Shown: positions 28,103 to 37,854 of the stretch, piece by piece
Layout of the letters: each line of letters starts with the position of its first letter
How positions within the stretch are numbered: the first letter of the stretch is position 1
Assembly (NCBI GenBank): GCA_025464625.1
Contig: JAOAUZ010000001.1
Location: 101,183-165,182 of the forward strand
Source of the DNA: Rickettsiales bacterium
GTDB taxonomy: Bacteria > Pseudomonadota > Alphaproteobacteria > Rickettsiales > SXRF01
Direction: 5' to 3'
Length of the DNA: 64,000 nt
Position numbers and translations under genes: made by a program
Notes under the pieces: generated by a model
Seen by the model: the letters and a program-made list of their open reading frames with translations, nothing else
The model's database searches: none
Told to the model about the DNA's origin: nothing

Positions 28103-29832
28103 TTTGCTATCCCCGCACTACTAGTTACCAGACTCTGGATATGGTAATGTTCGGCAACTGGCCCTAAAACAATGGCTGGAACATAAGTCAATATTCCCAC
28201 AATTATGAGTATCCAAGTTAGCAGAAAAACAAAAAGTGGCGTGTGCGTAGGCAGAGTTCCAGCATTGACAGGAGAAATATTTTTCTTGGCAAAAGAGCCA
28301 GCAATGGCGATAGCTGCGGTTATGATAAAATAACGGCTGAAGAACATAGCAATGGCAAGAGAGGTATTGTAAAATGTACTGTTGGTATTTAAGCCAGCAA
28401 AAGTCCCGCCATCATTATTTCCCGCAGAAGAAAAGGCATACATAATTTCAGTAAAGCCCTGCGCCCCGATATTTAATACACCAGCTTTTCCAGCAGCGGT
28501 GGAAACTGCTATCGCTGTTCCGAATAATACAAGAACGGCAGGGAAAATCACGATAACTCCCGCCATTTTTATATCAAATGTGCTAATTTTTTTGCCCATA
28601 TATGCTGGTGCGCGACCAACCATTAGCCCGCCAACAAAAACGGTAAGAATAACAAATGCCAATATATTATAAATACCACTGCCGATACCGCCGAAAATAA
28701 CTTCGCTGAACTGGGTGAGGACAATTGGTGCAAGTGCGCCAAGTGGAGACATGGAATCGAGCATATAATTAGGAGAACCGTTGGAAGTTGCGGTCGCTAT
28801 GGTTGCCCTGAGTGCAGAGCTTGCAGCACCAAAACGAACTTCTTTGCCCTCCATGTTTCCCGCGGAACTATCAATTATTTTTTCGTCAAACAAAGGATTT
28901 GGTGCTTGTTCGCTGATAACTGTTAAGATGAGTGATGGTATAAAAATAATAGACATGGTTGCTATTAAAGCCCAGCCCTGCCGCCTGTCACCTATTATGC
29001 AGCCAAAGCTATAGGCAAGAGTGGCGGGAAGCAACAATATCGCTATGGTTTGGAAAAAATTACTAAGCGGTGTTGGGTTTTCATAAGGATGCGCGCCGTT
29101 TGCACCAAAAAAACCGCCACCACCACTGCCAACGGTTCTAACTGCCACTTGTGATGCTACTGCACCATTTGGGATTAGTGGTTTGTGGTTAGAACTTCTG
29201 TACTCAAGGGACTCATAACTGGTATAGTTATTAAAATTCTGTACTACCCCTTGTGAGGCTAGGAAAATGGCAAAAACAAATGATAGCGGAAGTAAAATGT
29301 AGAGAGTTCCGCGCACCACATCGACATAGAAATTACCAATGCTTTTTACCTGCCTTCTGGAAAAACCGCGCGCCAGAGCAGCAAAGGCGGTCATACCCGT
29401 TGCTGTTGAAATAAAATTCTGCACGGAAAGACCTATGGTTTGTGAAAAATTACTCATGGTGTTTTCACCAGCATAGCTCTGCCAGTTACCGTTGGTTATA
29501 AAACCAATCGCGGTGTTAAAGGCGAGATCAGGTGCAAGTCCTACAAAATTCTGCGGATTTAGTGGCAGCATATGTTGAAAAATCAAAATAAAATATAACA
29601 GGGTAAAGCCAAGAAAACCAAGCAGAACCATAGAGCCAGCATAGCGCACCCAACTCATTTCCTCGTCAGCATCTATACCACATATTTTGTAAATCAGGCG
29701 TTCTGTAGAGCCTAATATTTTCTCCATGAAGGTTTTTCTACCCATGAAAACGCGGGCAATATAAAGACCAAGCGGCTTAATGCTGACTGCAACAATCGCT
29801 AGACATAATGTGATATAAATTATGGAAGGCAT
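28099..29832 (-). CDS. kdpA: Potassium-transporting ATPase subunit A
   Basis: 577 aa and polytopic with a [14 protein letters not shown] selectivity region. It overlaps kdpB by 4 bp. Confidence 0.95.
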   Translation of the reverse strand: MPSIIYITLCLAIVAVSIKPLGLYIARVFMGRKTFMEKILGSTERLIYKICGIDADEEMSWVRYAGSMVLLGFLGFTLLYFILIFQHMLPLNPQNFVGLAPDLAFNTAIGFITNGNWQSYAGENTMSNFSQTIGLSVQNFISTATGMTAFAALARGFSRRQVKSIGNFYVDVVRGTLYILLPLSFVFAIFLASQGVVQNFNNYTSYESLEYRSSNHKPLIPNGAVASQVAVRTVGSGGGGFFGANGAHPYENPTPLSNFFQTIAILLLPATLAYSFGCIIGDRRQGWALIATMSIIFIPSLILTVISEQAPNPLFDEKIIDSSAGNMEGKEVRFGAASSALRATIATATSNGSPNYMLDSMSPLGALAPIVLTQFSEVIFGGIGSGIYNILAFVILTVFVGGLMVGRAPAYMGKKISTFDIKMAGVIVIFPAVLVLFGTAIAVSTAAGKAGVLNIGAQGFTEIMYAFSSAGNNDGGTFAGLNTNSTFYNTSLAIAMFFSRYFIITAAIAIAGSFAKKNISPVNAGTLPTHTPLFVFLLTWILIIVGILTYVPAIVLGPVAEHYHIQSLVTSSAGIAK

Positions 29833-29839
29833 GATGATT

Positions 29840-29929
29840 TTAGGGGAATAGTTCAGGTTTTAATGTGGCGACCACAAGATATATAAACAGCGCACCAGCT
29901 ATAACACCAAGCACAACATAAAGGCTCAT
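29840..29929 (-). CDS. kdpF: Potassium-transporting ATPase subunit F
   Basis: Not in the ORF track (29 aa). The reverse complement reads MSLYVVLGVIAGALFIYLVVATLKPELFP*, the KdpF pattern, 7 nt upstream of kdpA. Confidence 0.7.
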   Translation of the reverse strand: MSLYVVLGVIAGALFIYLVVATLKPELFP

Positions 29930-30048
29930 ATTATTTATTCCTCTTTCAGGGAATCGCAGAGCCAGACAAACGCACCAGCGATAGCGAAAAAAAGAACACC
30001 AAGTCCGAAGAATGAGAGCATATAAATAAATTCCTCATTATGTAAATT

Positions 30049-30166
30049 TTGTCATACTGAGCGTAGCGTAAGCGAAGTCGAAGTATCTTTACATTATTTA
30101 TAAAGCAAAGATCCCTCGACATCCTCCTTCGCCAAGGCTACGGAGGACAAGACGCTCGGGATGACA
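30049..30166. repeat. PE-A palindromic element with nested hairpin
   Basis: ttgtcatactgagcgtagcg...gatccctcgacatcctccttcgccaaggctacggaggacaagacgctcgggatgaca. Confidence 0.8.
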
Positions 30167-30255
30167 GGTTTTTAGAAGTTTGTATCAATACTTACGCGCA
30201 CTATAGGCTTTTGGTTTTAGCTGTCAAGAAAGAGTGGTTGGTATATAAAATGGCA

Positions 30256-31413
30256 TTATATCCAGCGGGTAAAAGGTCTTAATAATAATAGCTTGTAACG
30301 AATTGATAGAGGTAAGTGTTTACGAGTGTAGGTTTCTACTTTGATATTATCAATCGCATCCCTTAATTGTACAAATATGTCTTTAATATTTGCAATAATT
30401 TCTTTTTGTTCTGAAAGTATCATGGATTCGGCGAGCCTGTCATGTGCAGCGTATTCCAGATTATAGCTTCCGAATAATGCAATCTTATCATCAACCAGTA
30501 TAATCTTAGAATGTTCTCCATTCTTATTTTCATATATTATTACACCAGCATCCATAAGTTTTTTATATAGGTGAAAGCTGGGAATCCAAGGGGCAATGCT
30601 TACCCCGAGAGCATCCATATGGGAGTGAAATATTTCAACTTTTACACCTCGTTTGGCGGCTTTTATAAGAGCATCAACCAGTGATGGCTCAGGCTTGAAA
30701 TAAAAAGAAGTCAGGCTTATTTGCTTGGTTGTCTGCGAAAAAATATCAATGAGATAATCAGTTATGATATTTGAAGATTTGAGTTTGATAGGGTTAAGAA
30801 AATGCTCATCGAGCGTTGGGTTGTGGGAAATATAGCCTAGCTTTTGTGATTCTGTTTTTGACGTGTTCAAATTTCGTAGAAAATGTTTGTGCTTATCATC
30901 AACATATACACCTAGTGCAGAAAATTCTTCCAATAATCTATTTGTAATTTCTCCTTCCACATATACGGCAAATTCCAGCCACCCATCATATGATGTGGCA
31001 GAAATATTTCCACTAGAGAAGATTGCTCCACCACTATCAGACAGTTGAATTTTGATGTGCATTCCGCTGCCTAGCAGCTTTTGCAGTGGACGGCGGCATT
31101 TATAAAAAACAACATTAATCCCATTTTTTGCAAATATTTGTAGTGTTTGTTTGAATGACTTTATTTCTGCCTTACTCATTAAGTTAGAAGCGAGAATTTG
31201 TCCGAATCCATCAATCAAAAGAGTAACTTTAACCCCTCTCATTGACGCAGCAAGCAAGGCATCAGTATACTCCGTTCCATAATGGTCATGGTGAAGAAAG
31301 TAGGTTGAAGCATAGAGAAATTGTTTTGCTTCATTTATCATGCGGATTCTACACTCCCACTCTTCCTTTCTATCGTAGAGGGGGATTAGTTTTGTCGCGC
31401 TAAAATTTTCCAT
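30256..31413 (-). CDS. Phospholipase D superfamily protein with two HKD motifs (cardiolipin/phospholipid synthase-like)
   Basis: 385 aa with HIKIQLSD...GNIS and HSKIILVDD...GSYN motifs. It is AT-rich relative to kdp. Confidence 0.75.
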   Translation of the reverse strand: MENFSATKLIPLYDRKEEWECRIRMINEAKQFLYASTYFLHHDHYGTEYTDALLAASMRGVKVTLLIDGFGQILASNLMSKAEIKSFKQTLQIFAKNGINVVFYKCRRPLQKLLGSGMHIKIQLSDSGGAIFSSGNISATSYDGWLEFAVYVEGEITNRLLEEFSALGVYVDDKHKHFLRNLNTSKTESQKLGYISHNPTLDEHFLNPIKLKSSNIITDYLIDIFSQTTKQISLTSFYFKPEPSLVDALIKAAKRGVKVEIFHSHMDALGVSIAPWIPSFHLYKKLMDAGVIIYENKNGEHSKIILVDDKIALFGSYNLEYAAHDRLAESMILSEQKEIIANIKDIFVQLRDAIDNIKVETYTRKHLPLSIRYKLLLLRPFTRWI

Positions 31414-31421
31414 AGAAATAT

Positions 31422-31820
31422 TTATTCAACGCAGAAACGCTCAAAATCCTCACGCGTCCATTTTGTTTCCACACCGACGGCTTCTACCTGTGGGAAAATA
31501 TCAGGTTTACAGACGCGCACACTGGCGCAGTCAACCCGTTTGTCACAACGGAAAATATGTTCAAGCAATTCCGTTACACAGTTTTCCAGCAATAATTTAT
31601 GCTCTCGTTTTGGCCATTCATTAACTACAAGCTCATGCACATAATCATAATTAAAACAATCTTCTATCACTTGTGGTTTGGCAAGATATTCACCTTCCAC
31701 AACAACATTTATGAACACCCTTTGTTTCGTTTGTTCATGCGGGTGGATCCCAACTCCTATGGTAGTTATCATATTTTTAATGTGGATATTCCAGCGATGT
31801 TTTGATGCGTTAGAGGACAT
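31422..31820 (-). CDS. folB: Dihydroneopterin aldolase family protein
   Basis: IHIKNMITTIGVGIHPHEQTKQRVFINVVVEG fits the FolB N-terminal pattern. The start is set at MSSNASK. It sits next to a pteridine-reductase-like SDR. Confidence 0.55.
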   Translation of the reverse strand: MSSNASKHRWNIHIKNMITTIGVGIHPHEQTKQRVFINVVVEGEYLAKPQVIEDCFNYDYVHELVVNEWPKREHKLLLENCVTELLEHIFRCDKRVDCASVRVCKPDIFPQVEAVGVETKWTREDFERFCVE

Positions 31821-32532
31821 GTTTACCTCCATCCACATTTATAATTTGTCCAGTTATGCTGCGCTGCTGCGAAAGCCAAAATGCTGCTTCGGAAAGCTCA
31901 TCAAGTGTTGGTTGATTTTTGAGAGGAACTAACTGTTTTATTTTTTCTTCATAACCTTCGTAATTTTCAGCGGATGGCAACATACTACCCGGGCAAACTG
32001 CGTTTACGCGGATATCTGCACCTAATGCCCGCGCTGCCATTACAGTAAAATCTGCCAATGTTTTTTTGGATAGGAGATAGGCAAAATGGCTTATTTGATT
32101 TTGGGCGATGTCGGTATCAAGAATATTAATTACGCATGCGCCAGCGTTTTTACCAAATTTTTTGGCGAAGGCTTGAGTGAGGAAAAACGGAGCTTTGAAA
32201 TTTATCGCAAACTGGCGATCAAATAATGCTTCATCAGTTTCTAAAAATTCACAACGCTCAAATATCGAGGCGTTATTTATAAGCACATTACAATGCGGCA
32301 TTTTTTTGTGAATATTATCAATTAATGTGGGTAGAGTTTTGCTATAGCTCAAATTATGAGAAAATATTTCGCAAGCAACACCAATTTTCCTAATTTCTTT
32401 TTGTAAGGATTCTGCTTCATTTTTTGAATTGTTATAATGCAGTGCGATGTCAAAATTTTTGCGGGCAAAATACATCGCCATCGCCGCACCAACGCGCTTT
32501 GCACCACCTGTTATTATAACAGCATTTTTCAT
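31810..32532 (-). CDS. Short-chain dehydrogenase/reductase, pteridine/dihydromonapterin reductase-like
   Basis: 240 aa with TGGAKRVG, NNAS and YxxxK (YLLSK). Confidence 0.75.
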   Translation of the reverse strand: MKNAVIITGGAKRVGAAMAMYFARKNFDIALHYNNSKNEAESLQKEIRKIGVACEIFSHNLSYSKTLPTLIDNIHKKMPHCNVLINNASIFERCEFLETDEALFDRQFAINFKAPFFLTQAFAKKFGKNAGACVINILDTDIAQNQISHFAYLLSKKTLADFTVMAARALGADIRVNAVCPGSMLPSAENYEGYEEKIKQLVPLKNQPTLDELSEAAFWLSQQRSITGQIINVDGGKHVL

Positions 32533-32539
32533 GATAATG

Positions 32540-32574
32540 CCCTCACCCTAACCCTCTCCCAGAGGGAGAGGGGA
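32540..32574. repeat. PE-B half element
   Basis: ccctcaccctaaccctctcccagagggagagggg. It overlaps and supplies the last ~9 codons of pyrE (SPLPLGEG*). Confidence 0.8.
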
Positions 32575-33177
32575 TTTTTGGGATTTCAAATCACGGCTGC
32601 CCGGTTTTATGGCAGGGATTTTTTGCAGCTCTGGCGGTAGTTCATCTGGTTTATAAGTTGGTACATCGAGCTTTAGCAGAGAAATTAGTGGAATGGTAAG
32701 GCTAACATCATTGCTGCCACGGCGGTCGATAAGGCTTGCCACCGCCACAGCTTTCGCACCAAAAGACTCAACGCAGGCAACGGCTTCCATAGAGGATTTT
32801 CCAGTAGTAACCACGTCTTCAACGATCAATATTTTTTGCCCAGCTTCCAGATTAAAACCGCGACGCAGAACAAATTTTCCCTCTACACGTTCGCAGAACA
32901 TAGCATCGATTTCCAACTGCCTGCCCATTTCATAGCCAACCACCACGCCACCCATGGCAGGCGCGACTATTGCATCAATTTTTTGTCCAGTTGACTGCAC
33001 CCATTCACGGATTTTAAGTGCTAGCGCAGCGCATAAACGCTCGCCACGTTTTGCATCCATCATTACTCGCGCACATTGCAGATATGTTGGGCTATGCAGC
33101 CCAGACGAAAGGATAAAATGCCCGCTGAGCATCGCGCCAGCATCTTTGAATTCTTGGATTATGTTCTCGCTATTCAT
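32548..33177 (-). CDS. pyrE: Orotate phosphoribosyltransferase
   Basis: 209 aa with the PRPP-binding motif ILIVEDVVTTGKS. Confidence 0.9.
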   Translation of the reverse strand: MNSENIIQEFKDAGAMLSGHFILSSGLHSPTYLQCARVMMDAKRGERLCAALALKIREWVQSTGQKIDAIVAPAMGGVVVGYEMGRQLEIDAMFCERVEGKFVLRRGFNLEAGQKILIVEDVVTTGKSSMEAVACVESFGAKAVAVASLIDRRGSNDVSLTIPLISLLKLDVPTYKPDELPPELQKIPAIKPGSRDLKSQKSPLPLGEG

Positions 33178-33211
33178 TCGTTTTATTCCATTGTTTTATT
33201 TCTATGCTAAC

Positions 33212-33282
33212 TTGTCATCTCGAGTGCAACGAGAGATCTCTACAAAATTAATAAGATCCCTCGACTACGCTCGGGATGACAA
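33212..33282. repeat. PE-A palindromic element
   Basis: ttgtcatctcgagtgcaacgagagatctct...gatccctcgactacgctcgggatgaca. Confidence 0.85.
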
Positions 33283-33292
33283 AAAATAATTT

Positions 33293-34132
33293 TTAGAAAT
33301 CCTCCGCTGCAATATTATCAATTAACCGTGTTTTACCAAGCCATGCTGCAACTAGCAATCTTGCATCTTCCACAAATTCAGAAAGTGGAGCGAGGCTTAT
33401 GCTATCACAAAGTTCTAGATATTCTACTTTGAAACCATGTGCGGTTAAATCCGCAATTCCTTTTGCCAGAGCATCAGCAACGCCAGAATATTTCATTTCT
33501 TTTGCGACTTGCGTGAGAGTTTTATAGAGCAGGGGGGCGATTTTTCGCTCCTCTTCTGAAAGATAGCGGTTGCGTGATGAAAGTGCCAAGCCATCTTCTT
33601 CGCGAATAGTTGGTGCAGGAACTATTTCTATCGGAATGTCCAAATCTTCAACCACGCGCTCTATCACGCAGAGCTGCTGATAATCCTTCATGCCAAACAC
33701 TGCTACATGCGGCATAACGCGCAACAGCAACTTGGTGACAACCGTTGCCACGCCGTCAAAATGCCCAGCGCGGAATTTTCCACATAATATCGTGCTGATT
33801 TCACCTGCCGAAACTTTGCTGCTAAAGCCCTCTGGGTACATATCTTCTGCGCTTGGAGCGTAGATAATTTCTGCGCCCGCTGCCTGAGCAATTTTTACAT
33901 CGTCATCCATAGTGCGCGGATAGCGCGCCAGATCTTCATTCGGGGCAAATTGGGTGGGGTTTACAAATATGCTTACCACCACAGCATCCGCGATTTCCTG
34001 CGCATGGGTGATAAGTGAAGCATGACCATCATGCAGCGCGCCCATGGTGGGAACTAGTGCCACACGCTTTCCATTTTGCGCGAGGTTTAACAAGGCTTTC
34101 TGTAATGTTTCAAAATCATGTGCTATTATCAT
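33293..34132 (-). CDS. panC: Pantoate--beta-alanine ligase
   Basis: 279 aa with PTMGALHDGHASL and the FGMKDYQQ-type block. Confidence 0.95.
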   Translation of the reverse strand: MIIAHDFETLQKALLNLAQNGKRVALVPTMGALHDGHASLITHAQEIADAVVVSIFVNPTQFAPNEDLARYPRTMDDDVKIAQAAGAEIIYAPSAEDMYPEGFSSKVSAGEISTILCGKFRAGHFDGVATVVTKLLLRVMPHVAVFGMKDYQQLCVIERVVEDLDIPIEIVPAPTIREEDGLALSSRNRYLSEEERKIAPLLYKTLTQVAKEMKYSGVADALAKGIADLTAHGFKVEYLELCDSISLAPLSEFVEDARLLVAAWLGKTRLIDNIAAEDF

Positions 34133-34357
34133 AGGGGGCGCAGATTATTAGCAAAATGCTAAACTAGCAAGGTGGTTTTATTGGCTTGGCAGCTTTAAAA
34201 AAAAGATATTTTTTTGCTGGATTAGTTAGGTCTCTTAGGGAATATTACAATATTTATACAACCCGCCTAATAAAATCTTTGGCGGTATTTGCTAAAGTTA
34301 ATTAAATTTAAACCATATTATATTAAAGCTAACTCCCTTGAGGGATAATATATTTTT

Positions 34358-34903
34358 ATGCGACAGCGTTTTTTATTACATGGCTTGATTGCTTTGATTT
34401 TAGTCAATATTATTGGCTTTTCAGCACTTGCTGAAGATAATAAGGAAAATTTGATAAAAGCTGCCTTTGTTGCGAATTTTGTTAAATTCATAGATTGGGA
34501 CGGCAATAAATCCCTAGACAAGCATACAAAAATTGATGTCTGTGTGTATGGAGATGGTGGTTTTATTAATACATCTCAGGTGTTTAGGCAGGCTTCGTCC
34601 GATAAACTCTCCCTTTCATTGATTAAAGAAAAAACTTTATCTAACGTTGCATCTCATTGTCACATGCTGTTTATCACTCCAGCAGAGGCTGATAGGGCGG
34701 GTGAAGTTATAGCTGCGCTTAAAAACCAGCAGGTTCTGACGATAGGTGATTCAGTTGATTTTGCTGCCAGCGGCGGAATGGTGGAGTTCACAAGTGATGC
34801 CAGCAAAATAAGGATTATAGTTAATAAAAAGGCCATTGAAGCTGGCGGTTTGCGTGTGGATGCACAGTTGCTGGAAATAGCCTCCAAGGTCATAGATAAA
34901 TAG
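34358..34903 (+). CDS. YfiR/DUF4154-family periplasmic protein
   Basis: 181 aa with a signal-like N-terminus and IKAAFVANFVKFIDW, the DUF4154 hallmark. Confidence 0.65.
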   Translation: MRQRFLLHGLIALILVNIIGFSALAEDNKENLIKAAFVANFVKFIDWDGNKSLDKHTKIDVCVYGDGGFINTSQVFRQASSDKLSLSLIKEKTLSNVASHCHMLFITPAEADRAGEVIAALKNQQVLTIGDSVDFAASGGMVEFTSDASKIRIIVNKKAIEAGGLRVDAQLLEIASKVIDK

Positions 34904-34911
34904 GCAAGTCT

Positions 34912-36429
34912 ATGCGCATCTTGAAAAACTCCTCAATCAAGCAGCGCCTCACCTTCATCATCATGGCGATAAGCAGCTTTTCGATATTGCTGACTACCTT
35001 ATCTATATCCGTTATCGGTGTGTATAATTTAAGAGCCAACATTGTTTCCGAGCTTGACGTTTCAGCTTCCATCGTTGGTGATCGCAACGCAGCGGCATTA
35101 CTCTTTAATGATAACAGTCAGGCGGAATCAAACTTAAACGTTTTCAGTGTTAAGCAAGCCATTGTACAGGCTTGTTTATATAATAAGGACGGCAGTTTTT
35201 TTGTGCGCTATGCGAATAAAGAAATTGGTTATGAGCCACAATGCCCAACCGATATTACCACGCGAACACTTATTAAAGGCGAACATATTGAACTTACAAA
35301 ACCTATTACTAAAAATGGTGATAAAATTGGATATATTTATTTAGAATCTACCCTAGAGGAAGTTAATTCTTATATTCAAAAACAAACAGGAATTGCAGTT
35401 ACTATAATCTTGGTTGGGTTGATATTTTCTTATTTTCTGGCGATTGGTTTTCAGCGCAGTATATCACGCCCGATACTTAGCCTTGCGGACACCGCACGGC
35501 AGGTTTCCCTGCATAAAAATTATTCCATCAGAGCCGCCAAATTGGGAGATGCAACAAGTGAGTTTAAAAATGAGTTGGTGATTCTTACTGATTCTTTCAA
35601 CGAGATGTTATCGGAAATTGACGCACGCAACGTTCAACTTAAAAAGCAATATGATGAGCTGGAAAAGGCAAAGGATGCAGCGGAAAATGCTAACCGCGCC
35701 AAATCGCAATTCCTAGCTAATATCAGCCATGAACTGCGTACACCGCTTAATGCCGTGATAGGTTTTTCTTCTATACTTATGAACCAGTTATTTGGTCCTC
35801 TTGGCGATAACAAATATATGGAATATGCCAAAGATATCAATGATTCTGGTGTGCATCTGCTGGATATTATCAATGATATTCTTGATCTTTCCAAAGCTGA
35901 AGCTGGGAAGCTAGAGCTTAATTATGAAGAAGTGCATATTGGCAAGGCAATTAATAAATGTATTACCATCATTACTGAGCGCGCCCAGCGTGGTGGAGTT
36001 TCTGTTAGCACCGATATTCCAAAAATGTTCCCGCCACTGGTGGTGGACAGGTTGCGCTTTATCCAGATTGTGCTGAACATTCTTTCCAATGCAGTTAAAT
36101 TTACCAATAAAGATGGCAAAGTGCATATTTCCGTTCGTAGCAAGGAAACTGAAGGCGAAATTACCTCGTTCATGGTTATGGTGCAGGATACTGGTATTGG
36201 TATGTCTAAGGAAGATATTAACCATGCCTTCCAAAGCTTCGGGCAGGTTGATAGCGGGCTTAACCGTAAATATGAAGGTACTGGCTTAGGTCTGCCACTT
36301 ACCAAAAAGCTGATGGAGCTGCATCATGGCACAATCGCCATTGATAGCGAGCTTGGTAAAGGGACGCTGGTAACGCTAACTTTCCCTGCAATGCCGCCTG
36401 CAGAGTCAAATTATAATCAATACGATTAG
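34912..36429 (+). CDS. Sensor histidine kinase (CHASE8-like sensor-HAMP-HisKA-HATPase)
   Basis: 505 aa with the H-box SHELRTPLNAVIG and GTGLGLPLTKKLMELHHG. The N-terminal segment VGDRNAAALLFNDNSQAESNL resembles CHASE8. Confidence 0.8.
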   Translation: MRILKNSSIKQRLTFIIMAISSFSILLTTLSISVIGVYNLRANIVSELDVSASIVGDRNAAALLFNDNSQAESNLNVFSVKQAIVQACLYNKDGSFFVRYANKEIGYEPQCPTDITTRTLIKGEHIELTKPITKNGDKIGYIYLESTLEEVNSYIQKQTGIAVTIILVGLIFSYFLAIGFQRSISRPILSLADTARQVSLHKNYSIRAAKLGDATSEFKNELVILTDSFNEMLSEIDARNVQLKKQYDELEKAKDAAENANRAKSQFLANISHELRTPLNAVIGFSSILMNQLFGPLGDNKYMEYAKDINDSGVHLLDIINDILDLSKAEAGKLELNYEEVHIGKAINKCITIITERAQRGGVSVSTDIPKMFPPLVVDRLRFIQIVLNILSNAVKFTNKDGKVHISVRSKETEGEITSFMVMVQDTGIGMSKEDINHAFQSFGQVDSGLNRKYEGTGLGLPLTKKLMELHHGTIAIDSELGKGTLVTLTFPAMPPAESNYNQYD

Positions 36430-36581
36430 ACTTCTTCAATAGCTCTACTTTGGCTTCAAATCTGCTTGCAATGAACCTTCCTCAAAACAAGTCAGTTATT
36501 TAGTATAACCTCATGTTTTTCGGTTTTCATTGCTTCGCGCTTTTTTGCCAAAGTGAGTTATTTAAGAAGTCTATTTATGTG
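36428..36581. repeat. PE-C long palindromic element abutting the kinase stop codon
   Basis: The outer inverted repeat tagacttcttcaatagctctac / ...ttatttaagaagtcta includes the TAG stop. The core matches 6468-6568. Confidence 0.8.
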
Positions 36582-36597
36582 CAAGGAAAATAACAGG

Positions 36598-37833
36598 TCA
36601 AAGAACGTCCCTAACCGCACCAGTTAGTGTGGTTAGTTCTTGTTTGCTGATGGTGAGTGGTGGCATCAGGTATATCACATCCTTAAACGGACGTAGCCAT
36701 ACGCCGCGTTCCACAAATTTAGGACGCAGGGCGTAAATATCAATTTTGGCGGTATCTACCTGCACTACGCCTACCCCGCCTTTAACGCGCACGTCAATCA
36801 CACCATTCAAATTTTTGCAGGGTGAAAGTTCGGCGATTAGTTGAGATTCTATATTTTCTACTTGTGAAAGGCGTGGCTCGCTTTCAAATAGATCAAGTGA
36901 GGCGTTAGCGGCGGAACATGCCAGAGGATTTGCCATGAAAGTTGGCCCATGCATGAAGGCATCTTCGGGTTTATCACTTAAAAACGCATTAAAAATTTCA
37001 TCAGTGGTGAGTGTTGCGCCAAGTGTTATCGCTCCACCTGTCAGGGCTTTACCCAGACACATTATGTCTGGTGAAATTCCAGCCTCATCGCAGGCGAACA
37101 TAAAGCCTGTGCGGGCAAAACCTGTGGCGATTTCATCAGCGATGAAAAGGATGTTATGTTTTTTAGCAATGCGGTAAATTTCGGCAACTGTGTCTGCGCT
37201 GTGAAAGAGCATTCCGCCAGCACCTTGCACCAATGGTTCAATAATTATCCCCGCCACGTTGCCATGTACAGAAGCGAGCAGAGAATCAAACTCGGCAAAG
37301 CTATATTCATCAGTGGGAATATCCAGTACATATTGCTTGATAACCGAATTACGAAAGGCTTTGTGCAGAGATTTTTCTGGATCGGAAACCGACATTGCAC
37401 CCAGCGTGTCGCCATGATAGCCATTCTTGAAACATATAAAACGGTCTTTAAGTGGCTTGCTCACATTACGCCAATATTGCAGGGAAATTTTAAGGGCGAT
37501 TTCCACAGCAACCGAGCCAGAATCGCCAAAGAAAACTTTATTGAGCCCGTCAGGAGTGAGCGCGCATAAACGCTGGGCGAGGGTGGTCGCTGGTTCATGG
37601 GTTAGACCTGCGAACATGACGTGTGGCATGGTGCGTAACTGCTTTTCCATTGCCTCCACAATATGCGGGTGGTTATAGCCGTGGCAGGCACTCCACCATG
37701 AAGAAATGCCATCAATCAGCTCGCGCCCGTCCTCCAGCTTTATTTTGCAGCCACTGGTTGATGCCACACGCAGTGGAGCAGGAACGGTCTGCATTTGGGC
37801 ATAAGGTAGCCAGATGTGCGGAGAGATGGTCAT
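36598..37833 (-). CDS. bioA: Adenosylmethionine-8-amino-7-oxononanoate aminotransferase
   Basis: 411 aa. It has WLPYAQM, SWWSACHGYNHP, DEIATGFARTG and the PLP Lys in CLGKALTGG. Confidence 0.95.
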   Translation of the reverse strand: MTISPHIWLPYAQMQTVPAPLRVASTSGCKIKLEDGRELIDGISSWWSACHGYNHPHIVEAMEKQLRTMPHVMFAGLTHEPATTLAQRLCALTPDGLNKVFFGDSGSVAVEIALKISLQYWRNVSKPLKDRFICFKNGYHGDTLGAMSVSDPEKSLHKAFRNSVIKQYVLDIPTDEYSFAEFDSLLASVHGNVAGIIIEPLVQGAGGMLFHSADTVAEIYRIAKKHNILFIADEIATGFARTGFMFACDEAGISPDIMCLGKALTGGAITLGATLTTDEIFNAFLSDKPEDAFMHGPTFMANPLACSAANASLDLFESEPRLSQVENIESQLIAELSPCKNLNGVIDVRVKGGVGVVQVDTAKIDIYALRPKFVERGVWLRPFKDVIYLMPPLTISKQELTTLTGAVRDVL

Positions 37834-37854
37834 GAGAGCAAAAAATCTATTTTT

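Noticed and set aside
34279-34293. ttggcggtatttgct as a sigma-54 promoter upstream of the YfiR-like gene
   Set aside because: The GG-to-GC spacing is 2 nt too short relative to TGGCAC-N5-TTGC.
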